From: Raillietiella orientalis
Lineage: Eukaryota
DNA: 64,000 nt
NCBI GenBank assembly: GCA_036172245.1
Contig: JAYWIR010000003.1
Span: 1,736,001 to 1,800,000 of the forward strand
Direction of reading: 5' to 3'
Positions 23,101-34,330 of the stretch are shown piece by piece (the first letter of the stretch is position 1; each line of letters opens with the position of its first letter). A program made the position numbers and the translations under genes. The notes under the pieces are model-generated. The model was not told the DNA's origin, searched no databases, and saw nothing but the letters and a program-made list of their open reading frames with translations.

Positions 23101-26100
23101 TGCATCACATGAGAGTTCCAGAAGATCGTAAACTGAACTAGGAAAACCGAGTCTTCGTTTTTTCTTTTTGCTACCAGATTTTTCAAGCCTTTCTGATTAT
23201 CTGCTTGCATTGGACTGTTAAATGTTCGTCAAATTCGCTACCTTTGGCTGGAGGCATGCTGAGAGATCCCCGTCTTCTGACCCTGTCAAAGACTTGTGCA
23301 AAGTTCTTAGGCATCAGCTCAGTAACGTTCCCGCAGACCCTTGAAGGGTCTCCAGAGTAATTTACTGGGGAATGATTGTTTCAGAAATAGTCAGGCTTTG
23401 TGCACTTTCGTCATCTTCGACGTTTTTCGTTTCTTCTCAGAGGCTGACACGAGGCTTCTGGGAACTGACATCTCCTGTAAGAAATGGTACGCTGGAAAGC
23501 TTTCCGATTCAAAGGTCATCTAACCCGTTGTATTCACAACACGTTTAGCGATTTCAATTGAGGTGCAGGCAAAAGTGGTTGTGCTGAACTTCACCTTACT
23601 GACTGTCTGTGTCCTAGCAAACAGCGACCTTAGTTCCCCAGATCTAAAAATCCGATTTCCCGGTTCCAAGTTATTGTCAGACCATGCCAGTAAGTTTGTC
23701 TCCCTTCCTTCTCTTCCTCAATTCAATCCTCTTGTGGGAAGCTCCTCATCAAAAAGTCTTTCAAGGAGCACAATGCCTCAAAATCTACTCCTGGGAGAGA
23801 ATTTTTTCATCTCTTCCTTTCCACTGTTCTTCAAGGAAAGACTACAAAACCAGTGCTTTTGAGCTGCAGAGCTTCCCTTGGGACATCTTTTTAAGAGCTC
23901 TATTCCCAACTCCATTCGAAGAATACCATGGCTTTACGCTCAGGTTTGTTTCTGAATACCGAGGTACTCTGTGCGCACGATGATCGTTTTATGAGGAAGA
24001 ATGAGAAAACAATGATCCTAGCAGTGGAATAAGGCAAAATATTACCGTTTTTTCCAAATGGGAGGAAGCACTATTGTGACAGGAAAGGAAATGTGGAACA
24101 AAGCCTTCTGGTGTTGGCAGGACTCAGCGGAAATCGGGAAGCAAAAGGAGCGGCAGATATGATATTGCGCTTTTTGGCAGTCACTCAGTAGCAGTCGAAG
24201 AACACTGAGGAAACACTGCTCCTTCCTCAACATCTGCAGCTACCCCCCTAGTGGTTTTCGACTCTACTGACAATGCATGGTAACGCAGCGTCTCCATGAG
24301 TCATTTGCTGTGATTGACCCGTTCTTTGATCCGCAAGGAAGAACTCCCAGCCCATTTCCGAAGCAGATGAAGCCGCTTTTCGAGAATCGGAGGACTGCAC
24401 CGAAAGAAGTTCACAGATTCAGCCAGCAAAACTAGAAGTCATTTTCGTAGACCGAAGCTTCTTCCAGTTTAAGGAAATCGAAAGGTTGCTGTTTCTATGG
24501 AAACCTTGCTCGAATCTCACTGCATCCATCACAAGAAAAAAGAGATGGCTCGCAGAAAGATGGTTGCCCACGATGTTTGATCGAGTCTCGCGCTCCATAA
24601 ATGCACGAAGTTCGCACTCGTGCACGAGATGCCGAGAATTTCTCCAGCCGGTGATGCTGTCCCTTGAAGATTTCGGAAACGGGAGGAAATCGCCAGTTCT
24701 ATTGCAATGGGCATTCACTGTCAGAGGGAAGGCACTCGGACCGAGAGGAAATCCGCGGAAACCCGAGGATGCCTTGACCTTCACCAAAGGAGAGGAAAAA
24801 AATATTCAATGTGGGGTTTCGGGTTTCTGGGAAAGAATTTGCTTCCCCGCGAGCATCGCCAGCCACTGGAGCAACCGGCGTGTGCTCTCGCACTGTGAAA
24901 GTGGCTTTTCCGTTTCACTCCCATTCAGAATGATACCTTTCAGTACCGAAGCAATTATTTTTTGGGTTTCTTTCCGAGAGCATCCTTTCCATTTGATTCA
25001 TATGCAGCAAGGAGAATTCGAACGAAAGAGCGGTGCGAATTTCGAAAAGTGCGAAAATGAGGTTCGTATTTTCCTGAATTCCTTTCAAAAAAGATTTGTT
25101 GATTTTGAGGGGAAGGAAGAGGGGTGGGGGGGAGAGGTCACTGAAGAAGGAGCTCTTCGCTCGAGCAAATTTCAAATGGAAACTCCCGACCTGCAGGATC
25201 ATCCAAGTCTGCGGAGAGCATGTAAAGAGATGACCAGCGAGTCAGGCGTCTGCTTGCCTGTGGGAAAATCGGGCTGCTCGCCCGATGTGCACGATCGCTG
25301 CTGTTTCGAGTTGGCACAAGCCACGTGTGCCGTCTTTCGCGGCCATCCACTCGATGAGGAACATCCACACGACCACCAACAGCTCATCCCTCTCCTGCTT
25401 GAGGTGCTCAAAACTCACTTGAGTATTGAAGGAATCGAGGAACACGATAAGATTGGGGGAAGATGGGGGGGGGAACACTTCTGATAAAATCTTCGAACCG
25501 GAAAAATGATCCAAGTGACGACTGACGTGGATGTGAAGACAAAAATCTCGCCCACGATGCTCAGAGCGTGCTCTTAGAAAAACATCCATACTGATGGATC
25601 AGATGGTGTGGCAGCAGCGGGAGAGTTCCACGGGAACGTGTCCCCTTTTTTAGTACGAGCTCGAGAATTCGCCACATAAACACCATGTTACCATGTAACT
25701 TTCCTTTCTCCAAGATGTAACTATGATTCCAGACTCAAGACCAGAATGACCCTGCTTTTCACAGAGGAGGCAAAGGAGCTTGCTGCAGATAACACGGCCA
25801 TTCTGTATCACCCATGACGCAAGCAGCACGAAAATACACCTAGTTAAGCAAATCAACAGAAACCCCTCGTCACACGAGGCGTTCAATTCAGTAAATTAAA
25901 AGCCATACCAATGTACACAATGTAATCTGTTGTTATGCAAATGCCTAAGCAAGGCATTCTGGATTTCCATTCCACATCTTTGTTCTCCAGCTTTCCATGT
26001 ATGACACCGGCTCTTCAAACCAGTCCGCTTCCATCTAGGGTTTCAGCTGGATCCTGGTTCATGGAAATCCAGATGAGAACAGGAATTCCGCTGATTCTGG

Positions 26101-28459
26101 TTGACTGCAACTCTTGACATTATAGATGATCGTGTAAAAGCACACAAATCTGTGATTGCTCTCTGGAGACAAGTGGTCCATTTGCCTCATCTCCAGTGGA
26201 GAGCCACCAGATCTAGATCTTCTGTACAAAAACTCCAAGGGCAACCTTCAGAAGATTGGATCAGTCAAGTAAGCAAACAGAGTACAGTCGTATGCGTCCC
26301 CTTCTTCTCCTCACAAAGGGTTCTCCCTTCGGCCTTTATTTGAAACATTTCTTCATGGCGAACAGGCAGATGAACATCACTTGCAACGCAACTCCACATT
26401 ACTTCTACCAGCAATGAATATTCAGAACTGACGTACGTATGTGATTGAAAAACTGTACCTGAAGCATCAACCTGGCAAGGGATGTGTACATACCGATGCA
26501 CACAGTAAATGATTCGACTGTGCAATTTCTGGTTTTCAAATGATTTTGTACTGCGATGAGATCACAGAGGCCACCACCTTCTGCAGTGAGTGATTCGTGA
26601 GAATGATTCCCAGCAATCATAAAGCAACCGACAGTTGCAATAAGGATAATAAGTGTTTCACCCGAGCACTGACACCGAGTTCACTTGGTCAGGCGCAACC
26701 GGAACCTTTCTCTGCTTGACTGTTAGCCTGTCAATGGGCAAAATTCCAGGGAAGGGGAACCCGGGTCAAGAGCGGCTTTCATTCAGTCCCGGAAAGCTTG
26801 TCGTCGAAAAGACGTTGCGTTGGCTTTGGAAAGTTTTCCCCTCAGTTTTTTTTTTTTTTTTTTGGTTCGCTTAGTGACCTCAAGAGCCGGTCGCGTGCCT
26901 CGCGGCGCGCCTGGCTCTTAAACATTAAACACACTGTTTTGTTTCCACGCCTCTCCGCCCGCGGCAACCCGCAGGGGGCGTGTAATTCTTCAGGATAGGG
27001 GGCACCCCGGGATGGGGGTCCTCCCTATGAATCCAGGAAGGGCTCAGAGTCCGTGCCTCTCGCGCTTGGGGAGGGATCCCAAGCGTGAGAAGGGGAAAGT
27101 TGGGTGGTGGGGGAGGGAGTTTTCCTCATCGCCAGGATTTGAGCAACTTTCCACACCTCTGAGTGAACTGTTCATCCTCCCACATGTGCCAACGTGCGTA
27201 AAGCGTTTTCCTTTCCATGAAGGCACATTCTTAGCCTTCTGTAACGCCTATCTCACCTCGTGCTTCACGTGGAGCTTGCAGCCACAGCCAACGTGTTTCA
27301 TACACTGATCCAGAGAATAGCCGCACATAGAAAATGTTCGGTCGCTTGATTATATTATCAAGCCACGCAATTGATGACAAATATGCATGGTGATCAATGT
27401 GATGGCAAAAAATTGCTGGATAACACCGGAGATCAGGTTTTTTTCCGACTTTCCGTCTGTTCATTCACCGATCCTCCCTCCTTTCCACCTCTCCTTCCTG
27501 CTTCTGCCGTCATCGAGGAAGTCCCTGTGGTTTGGGACCAGAGCTTGGGGATCTCCAGCTGCCATCGTTATGGTTTCTTGACGAATCGCGAAAAGAACGG
27601 CCGCCTGCGCCGAGTGGGAAGGTCGCATCAGGGCGATCACTTGACCAGGCAGCGCACAAAACAGAAGGCTGCAGGGCTGGACACCGGGTGGAGCGAAAGG
27701 GACGGCAGCACGGAGGGACAAGAACACGCCGCGACCTCCCCCTGGCGGCCAGGGAAGGCTCCCAGAGTCCAGTTCTCGGTGCTAACGCGACGGATGCTGT
27801 GAAACGAAAAACCGGGCGCAGGATCTGCGGTCGCAGGCTGGCCGGCTGACCCCGTAGGCAGGGGCGAGTGGGCTGACCGTGTCTGCGAGTAGGCTGCCAG
27901 CACAGGCAAGACACCGTCGGGCAAGCCCTTTTGGGTGACACCCGTGCTCGTGGGCGGGAGCGGAAGGTGGCTGTACTGCTCCTTCGAGGAAAGGGCGCGT
28001 CCGGAGAACGGCGCACTGGTCGAGTTTCCAGTGGCAACCGGACTGCTTAGCGTCCTCCTCCGCGGCTTTGCTCCACAAGAGAGCTGAGGGGACCAGCACG
28101 CTCTCGAGCAGTGCCTTCGGTATTTGTGCGGCTTCTGCCCCGCGGACTCAGAGAGGACGCCTGGACCGGCAGCGCCTGTGTGCTAGCGCGAGGCCACGCC
28201 GGGTTGTCGCCCACAGCAACAAGCGTGCAAGGAAAAAATAAAAGCAAAAAAATAAAATAAAATTGAGGGATGCTGGGCAGAACTCTGGTTTCCGTCAAAG
28301 ACTGAAGGATTCCGGATGGACTGGCCAGAAGCCAGGCGACCTGCCGGCGAGGTCAGTCCCGAGGCAGGAAAGCAAGGGGTGCCTAGTGAAAAAATAATAA
28401 CAAAAGAAAAAAAAAAGGGGAGGGATAAGGAAGGAGGATTGTCGGGGCTCCCTCGCATC

Positions 28460-28700
28460 CTGCGCAGGGTGCTGGCGGGTCCCAACCTCCAATCCGCTTG
28501 GCGGAGATCAAGAGGGCGTGGCGGTGGTGGCGTTCCTGCCATCCGGTGTTCTGGCGGTCGCCGCCATCTCCGCTGCAGGCATCGCGGCGCCGCGTCGGCG
28601 AGGTGCACGCGCATGCGCGGCAGGGGATGCGCGCTCCTGCACATTCGCGCCGCACGGGAGACGACCCCAGCGCAGGAGCAGCGTGGCCGCCTGGTGTGCT
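28460..28700 (+). mobile_element. Possible Tx1/L1 ORF1 zinc-knuckle remnant
   Basis: Cys/Arg/His-rich IRCSGGRRHLRCRHRG..ARCTRMRGRGCALLH preceded by a PN motif; degenerate. Confidence 0.25.
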
Positions 28701-29255
28701 GCCACCATGAGGGACTACTGGGCGGGTCTACTTGCTTCAGGGGTCTGAGCGGTCGCTTGTGACGGGCACTTGGGGTCGTCGTGCCGTCCGAGCACCCAGG
28801 CGTGTTTCCTGGTACCTGCGACCTCACAGTTGCGCCTACCACCTCGACGGTGACTATCACTCTCCCGTAGGGAGGACAGCGCTTCCGGGATCGCATCCGG
28901 TGATCCCTTGCGCACGGGGTGAGAGGGGAGGAAGGATAATAGATCTCCCTCTTCAAGGGGTCTTGGTGGAGATGCACCTTTCCTCCAAATGGATGGTCCT
29001 GATCCAGTTGGAGGAGCTGGAATGAGGAGCTCAAGGGAACCCCACTGCGGTTTTCCTAAGTCGCGCGCGCAGGGACCGACGGGATCCGCTGGAACCCGGG
29101 ACAAGTCGAAGCCACCACGTCCCATCGGCGTCGCCAGCAGCCGCCTCGGAGAGGCGGCGGGAGCTCGGTGCTGCCATCTTCAAGGCGTATCTTCCATGGA
29201 TTCTCCTCCCCTGGTTCGTCAGGGCGATGGTTCAGCAAGCAAGAAAGCTCATGAG

Positions 29256-30539
29256 GAAGGAAAGGGGGAGGGGGAGAGAGTGGCAAATCGGCCGTGTCCG
29301 TGGCCGGGAACAGGAGGGAAGGGACAGCAGATCGAATGGGGGTGAAGGAGACGCGGCACGGCTGCTCCTGGTCCCTCACAGCCTCTGCGAGATGCTGGAG
29401 ATTTCCCGAGAAACTTGAATTCCGAGTTCAACATGCGAGGCCACCTGGCCCCAGACCCTTACCAGTGAGGCTGCTTTGCGCGCGACCCCCCTCGGCTGCT
29501 TTTCCGACCCTCGGACTATGCGGGTGGCGGCAACGCACCTCGCATGCAACTAGGCGTTGCAGCGAGAGTCCATCTGGACCTGGGTTTCCGGGAGCGCAAG
29601 GCGGGGCAGCTGCTGCCGCCTCGGCGAACACCCACGTGCCGCTTCCTCCGCCTTTGCAGTCAGCTTCTTTGGTTTCCTTGCTCTTGACCTGCGAATCGAC
29701 TTCGTGACCCTCTGTAGCGGTTTCGGTCTGGGAGGGCTCCCGGACCGAAACCGGCGGCTCTCGAACGATGGCCGACAGGGCACGCCCCACAAGTTGGGCT
29801 CGCGCCCACGAATGGTTGTTTTCTTATAGCGACGGGAGCAGCCCGGCCAATCCTTCCCTCAGACCAGAGGAAGGCGGTCGTTGTCAGCACCAAAAGAAGC
29901 GCCTTCCAAGGTGATGGACGTCTCCGGGCTCAACTCTCAGCCTGTCGAAGCGGATGACCGAGAGATTTCAAGTTCCGACGGGGGAAAAGAGCTGCAGACA
30001 GTGATCCACCACATGATTCAGCTAAAATGAAAGTGGTTTACGTGAGGAGCCTTCGGAATTTGGGGGTTTTCTTAAGCACGGGGGACCAGTTGTCAGCCTC
30101 CACGTCTCCTGAATTGTAAAAACGCGTGTTGTTGTTGCTGCTGATGTTCGCACTCACCTGCTGCGGCGTGCAGGTGTCATTTTCGACTGACACCTCGGCT
30201 GAATGCAGCTTCATCCCAGCTCCCCTTTAGTAGAGCTCCATCATCTCTCAGATCTCCTTTCTGTGAGTAGAGGGTTCGACCCACGTAGCTGTGCGCGGGT
30301 GTTCCGAGCCACGCTGCTGCTGCCGGCGCCAGCACTCGTGAGCCACCTGCCGTCGGACCGGACCAGAGGTCAGCATCTTGCGAGCAGCTCGCCGCATCTT
30401 CCGACCACCACGTGCTTCCGCCGCTGGGGAAGGAAAAGCGGGAGGAGGAGACTGGCAAATCGGCCGTGGCCGGAGGCAGGAGGGAGGGGACGGCATATCG
30501 AACGGGGGTGAAGGGGACCTCCTTGGTCCCTCACAGCCT
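29256..30539 (+). repeat. Two diverged copies of a ~120-bp repeat (about 29256-29384 and 30428-30539)
   Basis: Shared core gaaggaaa..gaga(g/c)tggcaaatcggccgtg..caggaggga(a/g)gggac(a/g)gca(g/t)atcgaa(t/c)gggggtgaagg..ggtccctcacagcct. Confidence 0.8.
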
Positions 30540-30947
30540 GGTCAAGCTCGGATTGCCGGCCAACCGACTGACGCTCGACGCCGTCGGTTTTCGAACGAAG
30601 GCGGAGGGAGCAGGACCTGCTGCCGCCAGGCCGACTGATGATTTCACTTGTTCCCGGGGGAACAGGCAGACTCTTTTTTTCCTCCAGGAGAAGGAGCACC
30701 TTCTCCCGCCGTCTTCTGCGTTGGTCGGGCGACAGAGGTTAGCCGGAAGAAGATCTCCGCTGCGTTTCCTCGTTTCACATCAAAGATGGCAGCGTTGGGA
30801 ATGTTGCAAAAAAATAAAAAAATAAAAAGAAAAAAGTCTCCCCCAACAATCCCTAGAAGAGTCCAAATAACCAGCAGTTGCACTCTTTGCGAGGGTTCAG
30901 GAGGAACTCTGGAGGGTTGCATCCGTTACCGCAACAGCCGCGCCCTT

Positions 30948-30977
30948 AAGAAGAAGAAGAAGAAGAAGAAGAAGAAA
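30948..30977. repeat. (AAG)n microsatellite
   Basis: Directly visible. Confidence 0.9.
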
Positions 30978-31749
30978 GGAAAAAAATATATATGTGTATC
31001 CTCGCCGGTTTAGTCGCAGACTGACCGAGTGCAGCAGAGAAGCTTGGCAACGGATTTCCGAAAGGATCATGCTCGTAATCTTACATCGATGATGTTTAAT
31101 AAACGAGAGCGAGGGCGTGCATAGATTAGATTTAATGAGAACGCGAGCTTTTATTAATGAATCGATTTACGAAGACGACAGTGAAAACGGCAGTGATTCC
31201 GGAAATGGTCCTTTACATCGCCACGCGTGGAACGGTCTCGGTCGCGATACACTTTCTGATCCAAACTTCACTCGCAGCGGTGAATGGTGAGTAGCAATGG
31301 GCAAACTTACTTTTTCCTATCGTGTTGACTTTACGAAATGTGTCTTCCCGTGTCAAGTGTTCATTAATTTGTGGAGGGTTCGTAGCCCGAACAGGAATTG
31401 CCGGCGCACTTTGCGGCGCTCTCCTTTGACTCCTGAAAACTCTGTATGTTCGGATTCTCTTTCTCTCTCGTGTGTGTGTATGTGTGTGTGTTTTCCTCCC
31501 CCGAGAAGTGTTGACACTTGTTCGTTCCATTGCCAGCATCGAAAGAACGACTGGAGGTCAGTGAGGAGTGTTCGTGATGCGCGGACGCGTGTTGTCCCGT
31601 TCTCGGCGATCCTTCTGGAGTCGCAAGAATGGCAACCCTGCATTCTTCCGCTCGAAAGCCCTCTTCGTAGGTCTTCACGCGCGCTACATGCGAAGTTCAA
31701 ATCTCTTCCATGTGAGGACGGCTCTTCTCAAATCTGACGCGGTTGTGTA

Positions 31750-32150
31750 AAAGAATGATTCAAAAACACAAAAAAAAAAAAAAAAACATGTGTATGGGAT
31801 TGTATCCCGTGCGTCGGACACCATACATGTGTGGAATTCTGTAGCCCGAGCTTCTTTTCTTCTTTTTTTTTTTGGCGCTGCAAACACTCGAGGTAACCCA
31901 CGAGTGGGAACCCTGCGACGGAATCCAGTGGCTGCGTCCCCCCCTTCCTCCTCCCCACTCTTTTTGCAAATCCTCGTTTCCTCGATTGAAAATGCGTCGC
32001 GTGGGTTTCGAAATTCGGAGAGGGCGTAGCTCTCGTTTGCCGTTCTGGATTCGGCAGCTGGGGCCATCACAATAGGGTGGCTGCAGCAAGCATTTCGCCT
32101 TCTCATTGTTGGCTGAGTGACTTCCGGTGTGCATTCATTATGCATGTTCT
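31750..32150 (-). mobile_element. Possible Penelope-like RT remnant
   Basis: HPIVMAPAAE (cf. IIIKPADKG) and RGLPRVFAAPK...VSD..PY (cf. P.FYGLPK.HK...RPIVS...PTY) occur in the expected order. Confidence 0.25.
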
Positions 32151-32679
32151 TCCGCGTAGGTACCGAAATTCGTATGCGGATCACACAGAGTTGGTGATTA
32201 CATCTTGCATGTGCCAGTCTAAAGTCAAGTTGGACATTTCAGCTCGAAGCTAAAAATAGCTTGATGCCCTTCGGAAGAAGAAAAAAAAAAAAAAAAAAAA
32301 AAATGGAAAATAAAAATTCGGAGCTTTTTTTTCTTTTCTTTTTTCGATGTGCATTTTGTAATTCACCAACAATTCGACGGCTTACGGAAAATGCGCACAG
32401 TCGGCAGCCAAAAAAGAGAAGTCTTTTCCACGTCAATCCTGCTAACGCTGGCAGACTCGGTTTGGGATGAGCGCCCAAGATGAAGGGTGTGCCCTGTCCT
32501 TGCGTGGGCGGTTGGCATTGACTCCCCGTTTTGGTTTCCCGAACACCAAAGCACGCCAGGCTTGCCAGATGCGATGTTGGACCGTGCATCTCGCACACGT
32601 GATGTCCATGCAGGCGATGCTCCGGAAACGAAGACGGACGGATCGCACTCGGTCCAGAGGTGGAAGTGTAGCGACGGAA

Positions 32680-34330
32680 TGCAGTGATCTGCTCTTTTTG
32701 ACCCTTCTGTCAAGACTGGATCTCCTCGCTGGACGAAAAGATGCTTTCGTTCTTGCAGCCTCTGAAAGCCGTCCAGAAGCTTCACTCTCCGCTCTCTCTC
32801 AGAGCACGAGACAGTTTCCTGAAGATGGACTCCTGAATTCTTAAAAAGACGAGTTCTTTCCCTGAATCCGTCCAGCCGACAAGCTCGAAGCCTCTTCCGA
32901 AGCTCGGATAAAACATCCGAACATCCTTCGAGTGGGAATACGGCGTCAGTATCATCATCCATCGTTTGGTTGCGTGCATCTGGTGGTGCCTTTCCTGCGA
33001 CCGTGGTTTCAAGAGTGCGATTGACCAGAAACTCGAAAATATCTTTCCTGTTTGGGTGGTTTGTCTGGTTCCTGTCTTGCTCTTCAGCCATTTTTGTTTT
33101 GCTTGCTTTCCAAATCCAAAAACGGGATTACCAAATACATCCAAAATTTTATGCCTTCCTGAGATGACATTGAACTGCTGGGGATCGCTGCCGGCAAGGA
33201 CTCCATTGTGCTCGTAAGAAACAGTCTGCGGAGTGCCTTCATCAGCGCCATCATAGTGTTTGGAAAGAACAAAAAAAAAAAGTTGGGACGACTCGGTCTC
33301 AGCATTTCCGCGAATGGCGCTCCGTGTTTCCGGTTTTCCATCTCAGGGGTCTGATGACCACCTGCTTTCGAAAACGTTCTCCACCGGCTTTCCCCCCCCC
33401 CCCTTTGGAGACCCCACGGTTCGAAGAATGAAAGGGGACGAGCCTCTGGGCAAGCTCAGGAGCGGTCTTGTCCGGTCGAAACTCTACATCGAGTAGTTCT
33501 GTAGCATTCATGAGATCCATCAAACATGAACTTCCAAGGGCGTTTCCGAGATGACCGCGATCGTGGGATTTTAGGGCGAAGGGCCTCTTTGCTGATCGCA
33601 GCAAGTTTGGGGAAGCCATCTCGTGAAAGGAATTTTCCGGACAAGGAGATTACGAGCCATCTTGGAAAGTCCTACGGAAGACTTTTATGCTGGTGAAGCA
33701 AATGAAATTTCGAAACACAGTGTACGTGTAGTGCCTGCCTGCAGGGGAAGGGTATATGAGGCTCGCTCAAGACAGTCTCATTGGAAAAGTAGCAGCGGAA
33801 AAGAACCATGTGATGCAAGAGCCAACGATGCAAGCAGAACAATTCGATGCTGCTGTTGAGTTTGACACGAGCATTCCGATTAAGAGAGCGTCGCGTGGAA
33901 ACGAGGGATATCGGTCACCATGGGAAACGTGACCAAGCTTAGCCAGAATCTAGAGTTCTTAGATTAGACTCCATTGGTTTCCCACCTTCTTTTTTTCCTT
34001 CTTGCTTGTTTTTTGAATGGCAGCCTGGTAACTGCACAAAATATTTCCCCTTTCGGATTAATGACGGTCCATCTCAGTCTGTTGACCTTTTTGTCGGCGA
34101 CTGTTCCGTTCTTGTACTCGTGCTGGCTCTTGTTTGGCAGGATCTGTAAGTAGCCGGCAAATAGGATCGCAAATCGGTGGCGAGGGATCCAATTCGTGTA
34201 CATGCCATCGCTCGTACCAGTGCAGTAGTGACCAGTGGCATAAAAAGTACACCAGAGAGTGCTTCCCAGTAGCCGGATCGCTTCCCGCGCCCTTTTGGCC
34301 AAGATCAAAGTGGAGTAGCCTGAAGCCCTG
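32680..34330 (-). pseudogene. Candidate endogenous viral element: decayed orthomyxovirus-like polymerase PB2, C-terminal half
   Basis: Collinear minus-strand motifs versus influenza PB2: NW..GYLQILPN..HEY..VNRLRWTVINPKGEIF (cf. NW..GMIGILPD..DEY..IDRFLRIRDQRGNVL); LDVEFRP..RLVP (cf. NKMEFEPFQSLVP); ILDVFGNPVFGFGK (cf. ILVRGNSPVFNYNK); GRGFELVG (cf. LRGFLILG); KHLFVQRGDPVL..KRAD (cf. [20 protein letters not shown]). Confidence 0.45.
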
